Of a stretch of DNA of 64,000 nt, positions 13,045 to 24,680 are shown piece by piece. The stretch comes from Octopus sinensis (lineage: Eukaryota): assembly GCF_006345805.1 (NCBI RefSeq), contig NC_042999.1, positions 992,001 to 1,056,000 of the forward strand. Reading direction: 5' to 3'. The position numbers and the translations under genes were made by a program. The number at the start of each line of letters is the position of its first letter. Positions within the stretch are counted from its first letter, which is position 1. The notes under the pieces are model-generated. The model saw only the letters and a program-made list of their open reading frames with translations, had not been told where the DNA came from and searched no databases.

Positions 13045-14800
13045 TCATAACGCAGCTCCCTAACTAGTGAGTATTCACTTTCGACCTAGGAACCCTGCCA
13101 AATTCAAGTTTTTCTTCACTGCTTTAGAGTTTCCCATCAACATATTATTAAATCCTCTGCATGTAATAAAGGATGATATCTGGGTAATTTATTGTTATCC
13201 CTAAAGCATGAATCAAAGTAGTCCTTTTATTTCCTTCATTGGACTAAAAGTCACCAGTCACTTCTTTGTAAATGCACTCAAGTTCCTGCCATATTCTCCA
13301 ACAAAGTTCGGATAAGTTTTTTTTTAATTTGCAGTAAGGCCAGCCATTTAACCATCTTTGATAATATATTTGTGAACTTACTTTCTTATTTCTCTATTGC
13401 CAACAAGAGACTAAACATAGAGGGGCCAAACAAGGACAGACAAAGGGATTAAATCGATTATATCGACCCCAGTGCGTAAATGGTACTTAATTTATCGACC
13501 CCAAAAGGATAAAAGGCAAAGTCGACCTCGGCGAAATTTGAACTCAGAACATAACGGCAGACGAAATACCTATTTCTTTACTACCCACAAGGGGCTAAAC
13601 ACAGAGAGGACAAACAAGGACAGACAAACGGATCAAGTCGATTATATCGAGCCCAGTCCGTAACAGGTACTTATTTAATCGACCCCGAAAGGATGAAAGG
13701 CAAAGTCGACCACGGCGGAATTTGAACTCAGAACGTAACAGCAGACGAAATACGGCTACTTATTTCGCCCGGCGTGTTAACGTTTCTGCCAGCTCGCCGC
13801 CTTAAGACCGGGCATATAACCATCTTTGATAATATATTTGTGAACTTACTTTCAGTTGTCTTCGTCGTAAGTACAAGACATTTTACTTTGAACGGATTGC
13901 CGGTAGTTTGAACTCACGTCTCTGTTTTTGCAGATAGCATTATATACCACTATGTTCTTTAGATCAGTGTGCTATGTCGGTCGGGGGGGGGTCTCATTCC
14001 TAGCAGTTTGGCTCGCAAATTGATTCGAAAGTAAATCCTTTCTCACATTTTCGATCGTTTTATTCCTTTACCAAATACGCACAAACTAATATGGTTGATA
14101 TACGAACATCCAAAGATAATATTCTATTTAAGTATTTAAGAACAACAAAAGATTATTTTCTTATGTATTCTTATGAAGAATCTCAGCGCAAATTCATCAA
14201 TATCAGTTGATTCCTTGGGTTTATCTCCTGTAAAGATTAAAAGATTACCAGCATGCTCCAATTCTCTTTTCTGGTCCTCTTTCATATTTGTAAAAGAGAT
14301 TAACTTTTCTAAGCAATCCTCTTTAAGTTGATCATAAATCTAGTTCAGCATTTAAAGAATTACTTTTACCTTTATATCTCGTCGATCACCTGGCTTTTCA
14401 CCTTGAAAACTTGGCAGCTTAATCTTGTTCCAATGAGAATTTGTTATAAAATGAAATGAAATTATTCCGTACTCAAAGAATCTTGAAATACCTCTTCTCA
14501 TCATCTTCGTGATCCATATACACTCACTACTAACATGATTTTATTTTCTCCTTTGATTCCAACGTCACCAACCACAACATCGAAATCTTCATTCCATTTA
14601 TTCGGACCGATTGTTTTTGTTTTGTTTTCTTAGTTATATTTACATCGAGTAACTATTTGTTTTTCTTCTTTAAACTAATTCTTCGTAGTTGAATGTCTTC
14701 TTCAAGATTAAAATTTTTTCTAATTTAGGGAGGTGGGGTAACTCGATGCCATCGATCTCCAGTTCTTCACTTGTATTATTTTATCGAAATAAAGAAAGAC
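13045..14800 (-). pseudogene. Degraded coding-like sequence of unknown origin (candidate endogenous viral element), split by a SINE
   Basis: Manual minus-strand translation gives long non-repetitive runs with scattered stops and frameshifts, e.g. IYDQLKEDCLEKLISFTNMKEDQKRELEHAGNLLIFTGDKPKESTDIDEFALRFFIRIHKK and TTGNPFKVKCLVLTTKTTESKFTNILSKMV. Confidence 0.4.
13386..13802 (-). mobile_element. SINE family A dimer flanked by an approximately 51-bp direct repeat
   Basis: Two core units; flanks 13335-13385 and 13803-13853 share taaccatctttgataatatatttgtgaacttactttc. Confidence 0.9.
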
Positions 14801-14801
14801 A

Positions 14802-14901
14802 NNNNNNNNNNNNNNNNNNNNNNNNNNNNNNNNNNNNNNNNNNNNNNNNNNNNNNNNNNNNNNNNNNNNNNNNNNNNNNNNNNNNNNNNNNNNNNNNNNN
14901 N
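14802..14901. other. Assembly gap (100 N)
   Basis: Run of N. Confidence 1.
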
Positions 14902-16500
14902 TTTCGATTCCCAAACTGGGAACTGCGTTGTGTTCTAGAGCATTGCTCCAGTTCACTCAGTTGTGAAAGAAGCCATGGAAATCAGATAACCGACCCAATG
15001 AGTCCTAGGACTTGATACATTACTGGCAAGTTGAAGGTTGGTGCAAAAGCAAAGGGAAAATATTGTCTCTCGAAAGAGTGTTCCATCTGTTTTCACTCAA
15101 GGAAATTAAGATTAAAGTGTAGCAACAAATGAAACGGTGAACATAGATATATTAGCTGGTAGCTCAAGCAAAATAGTTCGCCGGTTATTGCTACAACCAT
15201 TATCGTATCTAATATAAGTATTTTTATCATTCTTTTGGTTTCTTTAAGATAGAAAAAGAAACTGCGTAATGTTTACGAACTAATAAAAAGGTTTTCCAAC
15301 TTTGATCGAATACTTCGATACACTCCTCTGAACTATTGATCTAAGAGAAGTCATTCGAAGAATTAGAAACTAAAAGAACAATATACCGCACCCAATTTCT
15401 TATAAATGATTTTTTTCTTTAGATGTTGCTGTTGAAATTACAAAGAATCTCGTTTCTATTGGTGAAGTTGTCCACTACAGAAAGATGTCCGTATGCCAGG
15501 TCGAAATACGGTTTGTTGGCTTAAAATAGATTTTAGAAATAATCTGAGTAATAATTGCATTTAACTTAAAATAACTTTCAGATAATGAAAAGCCAAGTAA
15601 TAAAGAATCCTGATATATTCCGTTAAACGTCAGTAAAATGAAATTGTAGTGAATAGCTAACGGCGTCTTAACAAGTTTACAATGTTCTTGACTTTTAATA
15701 ATAGGTAGCTATAGCAGCAGTGTTCCCATTTTTACTCCTATGCATTGTCATTTATTTATAAAATGACGTACATGTGAAGTTTATTAAAACGCTCTGGATG
15801 CATACATGGCCGAGTTCGAATAGTGAAGAAGTTTGCTTCGTAATCACGAACTCCAGTTTTCATTTCACCTCGCGGAATATTGAACGAGTGAGTTTGATTT
15901 GATTATGGTTTGTAGTCGGAGTTGATATTGGTTTAACTAGGAATAAGTGTGTCGGGTGATATATATATTCCTTCAGATCAAAAAAACAGCTTATCCCAGA
16001 CTGTGTCACTTTGATTATACATAAGGCCTGCGTTATGAGATAAAGGGTTTGTGGAACAGTCTTCCTCTTCTTGGTTGCATTTCAATATGATTCACTCACC
16101 GCGTTTTTTATTTCTACGTAGACGAAACAAAAGCTACTGATATCATCTGAAGATGGTTTGATGTTCTGTAAGGCGCATAAAATGAGAAACCTGATTAAAT
16201 GACATGAAAAAATTTTCTTGAATATTTTAATAATATCGTGTAGAATTCAAGAAGAATGACAATATTTCGAGGTGAATCGCTTCATTTCAGAGGTTGGCCA
16301 GGATCCTATTTGACTCCCGCAATTGTATCAAACCAATGTATAGCTTCACCGATGCTGCAGTGTCTGGCACTCACCACATCCTGGTTCTTCGTTCGATTGA
16401 CCATCTGAAATCCATGAAGGTGGAAATGTCTATCCCAAAGTACACAAAACCTGTAACAGCAGAATTTGCAGAAGAACCAAATGGACGTAGCCGTGAAGTA

Positions 16501-17756
16501 TTAGGTCAAGTATGAAATTTGTAGAAAAGAAAACAAAGTTTGCTAATGTTTTTTAAATACAAGGAATAGTTTTGTTCATGAAAGCATGCATCCATATTGT
16601 CAATACACATTTGCCATTTCAGTGGTAGCTTGTCCAGCACGGAACTGTAAAATCCTTGCAATCTAGAGTAATAAAATCTTGGAAGGCCTGTTTTATAGAA
16701 TCGTCAGAATTAAATGTTTTCTTATCAAAAAATTATCCAAATTCGGAAAGAAGTGGTAGTCAGTGGGGGGCAAGATCAGGGGAGTATGGTGGATGATGGA
16801 GAACTTCCAACTCCAGCTTCTGTAGTTTCGCCAATGTCACTTTTGCGATGTGTGGTCTGGCGTTGTCTTGCAATAAAATAGGAGTGGATCTGTTGACTAA
16901 TCTAGGGTGTTTTTTTTTGTAAGGTTTTACATCATTTGGTCCAGCTGGCCGTGATTGATGAGCCAGGTTTAATGAAATTATAATGAATCATACCTGCGCC
17001 AGACCACCAAACACACACCATCAGTTTCTTTTGATGAATTTTGCTTTTTGGACTGTATTTTGGTGGGTCGTCTTTGTTCAACCATTGTGCTGAACATTTG
17101 CGGTTGTTGTATTGGATCCATTTCTCATCACATGTTACAATTCGATTCAAAAATGATTCATTTTTATGACGAGAAAGTAGGATAATGCAGGCTTCCAAAT
17201 GTTGCTGTTTCTGATTTTAATTGAGTTCATGTGGAACCCACTTCTCCAACTTTTTCACTTTACCGATTTGAACTATGTGAGTTAATACTATTTGCTTGCT
17301 AACACCAAACAACAACGATAATTCACGAGCACTTTGAGATGAATCTGACTCGACGGTGGCTTTCAGTTGGTAATTTTCCACCTTTGTTTCTGGTCAACCG
17401 CGTTGCTCATTTGTGAGGTCAAACTTACCAGAACGAAAGTTTGCAAAGCAATTTGATACTATCTGCTGTGTGATAACGTTAGAATGAAATAATCTATGAA
17501 TATTCCGAGCTGTTTGTGATGCAAAAGAACTCATCTTTCAAAACTGTACGAATTTCTTACATATCCATCTATAAACAAAAATAGCAAAAAACGATTTATA
17601 AATACTTTATAAAGTGCAAAATGAGTTAGAATAAAGAAATAGATGTGTCAGCTTTCTAACAAAAAATAAAGTGTCAAAATATAATAATGGCTCAAAATGA
17701 GCAGCTATCAAAGTTTACCATATACTTTACTATAAATTTCATACTTGACAACCTAA
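16501..17756 (-). mobile_element. Full-length, inactivated mariner (DD34D) transposon
   Basis: TIRs ttagg(ttg)tcaagtatgaaattt, TA target duplication; transposase motifs WVPHEL, FLNRIVTCDEKW, KLMVCVWW, QDNARPH, HPPYSPDLAPTDYHFF; stops and frameshifts present. Confidence 0.95.
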
Positions 17757-17978
17757 TATTTGACATGCCATAACTCAATGTGAATAAAACCACAGATGGT
17801 CACATCAGCCAATCCTCATGGAAGGGCCTGGGACTAATGAAATGCTAATGATAAGCCAAATAGAACTGGAGAGATTAGCAAGATGATTCGCTGATCCCTG
17901 GATACAAGGAGGATAACTTACTGATAGCCTGATAGCTGAATATGATTAATCAGATTTAAAGGACGTGTTATTCACATA

Positions 17979-18368
17979 GGCGTAGGACTGGCTGTGTGGT
18001 AAGTAGCGTGCTTACGAACCACATGGTTCCGGATTCAGTCCCACTGCGTGGCACCTTCTACTATAGCCTCGGGCCGACCAAAGCCTTGTGAGTGGATTTG
18101 GCAGACGGAAACTGAAAGAAGCCCGTCGTATATATGTATATGTATATATATGCGTGTTTGTGTGTCCGTGTTTGTCCCCACCCCCAACATAGCTTGACAA
18201 CCGATGCTGGTGTCTTTACGTCCCCGTAACTTAGCGGTTCGGTAAAAGTGACCGATAGAATAAGTACTAGGCTTACAAAGAAATCCTGGGGTCGATTTGC
18301 TCAACTAAAGGTGATGCTCCATCATGTCTGCAGTCAAATGACTGAAACAAGTAAAAGAGTAAAAGAAT
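17979..18368 (+). mobile_element. SINE family B, near full length
   Basis: ggcgtaggactggctgtgtggtaag head through tail tgactgaaacaagtaaaagagtaaaaga. Confidence 0.9.
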
Positions 18369-19028
18369 AAATCAGTAATTTCGTGAAATAAGAAACTGAT
18401 TGAATTGAACACCGATTCAAACAGTTGGTGTAAATCAGTTTCCTAAATAACTGAGACCCAGCAATTTTGCTTTCTTTTAAATCAAATAAATGTTTCTGAT
18501 GCAAATGTTAACAAGACCATTATGTGTAATATCACAGTCATTATGTACAAGTTTTTAATTGTGAATATATTCATAGAGGTGCTGAAATCGTGACAATTAT
18601 ACTTGATAAAACAAATAGCATGAGTGAAGAATTAAATGGAATTAAAATCACCTTTGACAGATGCTGCTCCAATGCAACACGATAAACTGATGAAATTTAA
18701 AGTATCTTTTAGAGTTCATGTTAATCAGCCAAATGGATTTTTTAGATTCTTTCCTACTTAGAAGTTTTAGTAAAGACAAACTTCAGACTACACTGTGATT
18801 ATGAAAAAAAAAAGCAAAGTTCACAAGCATGTTAAACTGCCATTATGGCGTTAGTGTCCATCGGAAATGTGTTGATATGTATCAGTCATTTAATTAAACA
18901 GGAGTAAATGCATAAGATAATGATTCAGATTAATTTTTTGACTAAAAACATTCCATCCACATTCTAATAAAAAAAAATTCTTCATTACAAGAAGTAAGGA
19001 AGTACAATAGATTTTGAAAAGAAGGTTT

Positions 19029-19449
19029 GCATCTTTCCGGTTTGAACGGCAGTTTTTTTAAAAATAATTTCTACGTAACTAAACACTTTTAAACTTCGCA
19101 TACTGGTAGAATGTGTTTATAAAACATCTTTTTCTCTTGGCTTTATTGAGAAAATTGTATAGTTTGTAAGATATTTGTTGTTGTTTTTTATTCAGTTTCT
19201 GCAATTTCAACTAGTCAATGACGTCTATTGAGATGAATACATTATGTGCCGTATGAATATGTCCCTCGTTTAAGAAACAGATTGGGTTTATTTACATTTC
19301 TGAAGAAAAAAAGATATCCTTCCCCCACTCCTAACCCTAACCCTAAAACAGATTTAAATGCAATAGATCGATACTAGGGTCATAATTATGGGTGAAAATT
19401 TTATATGACACCGCTATGAAAAAACTGCCGTTCAAACCGAAAAGATCCC
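19029..19449. mobile_element. Relative of the 4282 foldback element (short TIRs, internal TAACCC repeats)
   Basis: Shares gtaactaaacacttttaaacttcg..aatttcaac..tgacgtctattg; TIR atctttccggtttgaacggcagtttttt / aaaactgccgttcaaaccgaaaagat; ctaaccctaaccctaa at about 19331. Confidence 0.85.
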
Positions 19450-20298
19450 AAAATTCTTCATTACAAGAAGTAAGGAAGTACATTAGATTTTGAAAAGAAA
19501 GTTTTACAAATTTATTTGAACGATCAAACTCATTTATGACATTTTCTTCACATATTTATACAACATATAACATTCTCATAATTGCTTTCAGATCGCGTCT
19601 CATGATATAAATAATAGTAAAAAAGCAAAAAAAAAACGGCAAATTTTATTTCAATTTAAAAATATCTTTATTCGGTGCCATCCACAATTGTTTCCAATAA
19701 TATTATGACACTTAATATAACAAAACAATTTTATTACTCTCAGCAAAACTGACTAATATAATTAGCTCTTTGGCCAGCAGAGATGGTTTCAAATTAATCA
19801 AATATTTTTATTGTGATCTGGTAATTAAAAACAAAAAAACGAAATCAAAAATAACATTATCCATTATCCATTATTCTAAAGAGATTATCAATAACTGTAA
19901 GAAAGAAAATTAACGGAACCTGATCAAAACTGTTGTTTCACTGAATCTGCTCTGCCATTAGATCTGTCCATTGTTAATTGCAGATAATATATTCTTACCC
20001 TACACTCTGATTTTTATCACAATTTTGTCAACAGCTATTCTTGAAAACTGACGATATTTGATTTATAAATTGGAATATATATTTATTGTTATATTTCGGG
20101 ATAGTCATATTTTTCTTTGTTTTTTTTTTTACCAAATAAACACACGCACTGTATATTCGTTCTTCACTTCAGATATATTATTGTTCTTATTTTAGTGTCC
20201 TTTGTCTGTCCCACATCCTGTTACCTCTTCAACGACTCTCCATCCCGCCTGTCTCCTCCTGTTCTGTTTAGTCCACACATTTAATTGGAAGATATCCA

Positions 20299-20435
20299 TA
20301 GGCGCAGGTGTGGTAGTGTGGTACGAAGTATATTTCCCAACCACGTCATGGGTTCAGTCCCACTGCATAACACCTTGCGCAACTGTTTTCTATTATAGCT
20401 TCAGACTGACCAAAGCCTTGTGTGTAGATTTCATA
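20299..20435 (+). mobile_element. SINE family B, 5' part
   Basis: aggcgcaggtgtggtagtgtggt..ggttcagtcccactgc..gaccaaagccttgtg. Confidence 0.7.
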
Positions 20436-20493
20436 GATTGTTTTCGGATTTTGATAGAAACTGACGCATCTGAAATCTGAAGATATACATATA

Positions 20494-20570
20494 GAGGGCA
20501 TATGGCGTAGTGGATAAGAGCGCTGGCTACTAATCCCAAAATTCCGAGTTCGACTGCAGGCAGTCACCTA
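20494..20570 (+). mobile_element. tRNA-derived head (family E) followed by (TAA)n
   Basis: A box TGGCGTAGTGG at 20503-20513, B-box-like GAGTTCGACTGC at 20546-20557; the acceptor stem does not close, so not a functional tRNA. Confidence 0.7.
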
Positions 20571-20580
20571 AATAATAGTA

Positions 20581-20611
<31 letters not shown>

Positions 20612-20613
<2 letters not shown>

Positions 20614-21155
20614 GCCCTGATGCAGTACCAGGCAGTGGCTCTCATGGCTTTTGATCTTAACTGATTGGCAGTGTTATCATGTACGTGGTTTTGTCTTGGT
20701 ATAAAAGATGGGCTACAGCAAATATTCTGCTCAGTACCATAGATTTGCTTGTCAGTTGCTTGACCTTAACCAGTTGAGCATGTCCCTTAGTGGCTGACGA
20801 TATGTGTATCTCTGATCATGAACAGAAGTAGTGGGGGAGCATCATAACCAAGTGTTGAGAGGGATTCTTTGAGGTTTGGATAATTCACCTCTGGAAACAT
20901 GGGTGCTCCATTCAACATCCTTAAAAATCCCTTATTCAGGGACGTTTTGAGCGGGATGCGTTACTCGACCAGAAGTAAATTCTAACTGGGCCCCACCTGC
21001 AAGGTCATGTGCTGTTTATCTTGATATGAGATCACCGTATCACGCACATATGGCTGTGATGCATGTGCCTAGTGTCCCCTTATCAGACGGGTAGTCATGA
21101 TGGGTACACTGGGCTTCGTATGTTTTACCCCAGTGTCACTTTGATGGCATGCACT

Positions 21156-21199
<44 letters not shown>
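20612..21199 (+). mobile_element. Element D, full length, inserted in (AAT)n
   Basis: About 550-bp non-coding repeat with five other copies in the window; ends in ctctct(c)a-(AAT)n; orientation inferred from the tail. Confidence 0.85.
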
Positions 21200-21292
21200 A
21201 AAAATAATAATAATAATAATTATAATAATGATAATAATAATAACATCAAAAAATACCTTAGAAATGAGAACCCAGGTTCGAAATTTCCCCAA

Positions 21293-21338
21293 GACACCTG
21301 AAGAAGGCTGGAGGATATATCAGCCGAAACGTTGTGTT
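21293..21338 (+). ncRNA. Minimal Penelope-type hammerhead ribozyme motif
   Basis: GACAC-CTGAAGA-A-GGCTG(loop)CAGCC-GAAA-C-GTT-GTGTT: stem I GACAC/GTGTT, catalytic core CUGANGA and GAAA, palindromic AACGTT in place of stem III. Confidence 0.7.
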
Positions 21339-21616
21339 AACAACAAACAAGATGAGGACAAATATCCGTCAAATGTAAATAATGTAAATACAGTATCTTT
21401 GTTTGTCACATAAGCTATAAGGTGCATGTTACTTATACTGCTATTTCAGTATTAAAGCAATGCTCTTTGGTTCTCACTGGAATTCGTTCGTTTTTACATA
21501 TTTGGCATTCTATCGTCATATGTTTGAAAATTTATTCGAATTTCAAAAACGATAAACAAAAGTTATTGAGGACAAGTGGAGCTACAAAAAATTACAAAAC
21601 GAAACGATAAAAATAT

Positions 21617-22646
21617 TCTTTTTACCTTTACCCAAGTCACAAGGCCCGAACATTTTGTGGGAGGGAGCCACTCCATTAGATCGACACCAGTACGCAAGTG
21701 CTACTTAATTTATCGACCCCGAAAGGTTGCAATGCAAAGCCGAACTCCGCGGAATTTGAACTCAGAACGTAAAGACAGACGAAATACCACTAAGCACTTT
21801 ATCCGACATGCTAACGTTTCTGCCAGCTTGCCACTTTGAAACGATAAAAATATTCTTTTCTACTCTAGGCACAAGGCCCAGAATTTGGGGGTATGGCGCC
21901 AGTCGATTAGAACAACCCCAGTACGCAACTGGTACCTAATTTATGAACCCCGAAAGGATGAAAGGCGAAGTCGACCTAGGCGGAATTAGCCAACGAAATA
22001 TAGTCTTAGCGATAGTGAGACAAAGTCGATGTCAGCGGAATTTGAACTCAGAACGTAAAGTCAGAGGAAATACCTATTTCTTTATTACCCACAAGGGCTT
22101 AAAAACAGAGCGGACAGACAAACGGATTAAGTCGATTATATCGACCTCAGTGCGTAACTGGTACTTAATTTATCGACCCCGAAAGGATAAAAGGCAAAGT
22201 CGACCTCGGAGGAATTTGAACTCAGAACGTAAAGGCAGAGGAAATACCTATTTCTTTATTACCCACAAGGGGCTAAACACAGAGCGGACAGACAAACGGA
22301 TTAAGTCGATTATATCGACCTCAGTGCGTAACTGGTACTTAATTTATCGACCCCGAAAGGATAAAAGGCAAAGTCGACCTCGGAGGAATATGAACTCAGA
22401 ACGTAAAGGCAGAGGAAATACCTATTTCTTTATTACCCACAAGGGGCTAAACACAGAGCGGACAGACAAACGGATTAAGTCGATTATATCGACCTCAGTG
22501 CGTAACTGGTACTTAATTTATCGACCCCGAAAGAATGAAAGGCAAAGTCGACCTCGGAGGAATTTGAACTCAGAACGTAAAGGCAGACGAAATACCGCTA
22601 AGCATTATCGCCTGGCGTGCTAACGTTTCTGCCAGCTGGCCGCCTT
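21617..22646 (-). mobile_element. Stack of family A SINEs, including a 174-bp internal tandem array
   Basis: Monomer at 21617-21836, then a multimer with gaggaaatacc recurring at 22064, 22238 and 22412. Confidence 0.9.
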
Positions 22647-23315
22647 GAAACGATAAATATTGTGTTAATTCAAACATTGGAAAAGGATTAATGTAAATGG
22701 AAGTGATGAAAGGGAGGAATTTGACTGAATAGAATACAGAAAAATAAATATTCCGTATGATACATATTCACAGATACACATCAATAAAACTCCTCAACAA
22801 TACACGCTAGGCATAATTTCGAAAATTTGTTGAGAAATACAATTGGCTATGAAAGAAGACGCATTGCTATACTGTATCAATAGAAGAACTCTCGCACCTG
22901 TGTTGCTGACGTTTCATTAGAGCTATTTTATCTGTCAAATTCAGAGTGGAAGGAAAAGGAAAAAAAATATTGAAACAGAAAGACTAGATGTACATGGATT
23001 CCGTTATATCAATTATATTGGCGAACCGATTGTATTTCGTTGCTGTAGGCATAATAGCAATCTTACTTCGGTACGCATCTGGTTTGTTACAATGAATGTG
23101 ACAGCCATCATTTCAAGCGGTATCTCGTATTATGGCTATTTTAAATACGCTATCAGAAAAATAACACCTGCTCTCCCGAAGAGATTTCCACTTCAAGTTA
23201 AAATATTTCCTTCTTTCCATTACATTTCAGCCAATGACAAATATCATTTTCGATTTATACATCCACACAATACATACATATATACATACAGATAAATACA
23301 TACGCATACATATAT

Positions 23316-23360
<45 letters not shown>

Positions 23361-23754
23361 GCATATATAAATGTATATATATATATGTGTGTGTGTGTGT
23401 GTGCGAACGTGTGTATGTGTGTGTATGTATATATATATATAGATATATGTATTTGTGTGTGTATATATAACATATATATATATATTATATATATATATGT
23501 ATGTATGTATGTATAGTTTAGGACAATCAGCAAGTTGTCATTAAAGTACTCAGCGTGTTTCAAATGCTGGCGCGAAGAGCTACGATGCATTGTTGCCTAT
23601 TAATGGCAATGGACACTATGAAAAACCATTGAATAAAAGGGAAGTTATTCTAATAGGTAGAAAATTTTTTAAATATAAATAAATAAAAGATAAAAAAATA
23701 CACACAACTATATTTACCTAATATCGAGGTCTCCTTCTTTTGTTGTCACTTTTT

Positions 23755-23759
23755 ATTAC

Positions 23760-23801
<42 letters not shown>

Positions 23802-23865
23802 CATTATTATTATTACTATTATTATTATCATTATTATTATTACTATTATTATTATTATTATTATT
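23755..23865. repeat. (ATT)n microsatellite
   Basis: Directly visible. Confidence 0.95.
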
Positions 23866-24333
23866 GAGAGTGAGAGACTAGTGCATGCGATAAAAGTGAC
23901 ACTGGGGTAAAATATACGAAGCCCAGTATACCCATCATGACTACCCGTCTGATAAGTGTACACTAGGCACATGCACCACAACCATATGTGCACGTCAAGG
24001 TGATCTTATATCAAGATAAACAGCGCATGACCATTTAGAATTTTCTTCTGATCGAGTAACCCATCCCGCTCAAAAGATCCCTGAATAAGGCTTGTTTAAG
24101 GATGATGAACGAAACACCCATGTTTCCAAGCATAAATTATTCAAACCCCAAAGAATTCCTTTCAACACACGGATATGATGCTCCCCCACTACTTCTGCTC
24201 GTGATCAGAGACGCACATATCGTCATCTACCAAGGGACATAATCAACTGGTTAAGGTCAAACAACTGATAAGCAAATCTGTGGTATTGAGCAGAATATTT
24301 GCTGTAGCCCATCTTTTATACCAAGACAAAACA
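23866..24333 (-). mobile_element. Element D
   Basis: Reverse complement of the 20612 element, abutting (ATT)n. Confidence 0.85.
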
Positions 24334-24680
24334 ATTAGTTTTGCAGCTCAGTCACATGATTCTGGATTGTCCCACTGCGCAGCATCATACCACGAACAAC
24401 TATTTTCTAATATAGCCTTGAATTGAACAAAGTCTTATCAGTCGTAGATTTGGCAACCGGAAACCGAATGAATGTCGTATTTCCTTTGTTTCTACCTGTT
24501 TCAGTGGTTGCAAGCAATTGTTTGTAATGTTGTGGATTCTTTCCAGTTCTCCGAGCAGACGTTGCTGAAGTATTTTCTTTTTCACTGGATTGTGAGAAAA
24601 TAAAAGCAAACGATGGAGATGTGCACTGAGATCTCCATTTACACTAAATATACACACACGCAGATAAAGAGATAAATATA

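Noticed and set aside
22030-22590. CRISPR-like array
   Set aside because: Units are 174-bp near-identical repeats with no unique spacers, there are no cas genes, and the context is eukaryotic.
21943-22623. 226-aa ORF with 58-aa repeats as a real gene
   Set aside because: It is the antisense reading of tandem SINE units; the same peptide ([26 protein letters not shown]) appears wherever family A occurs.
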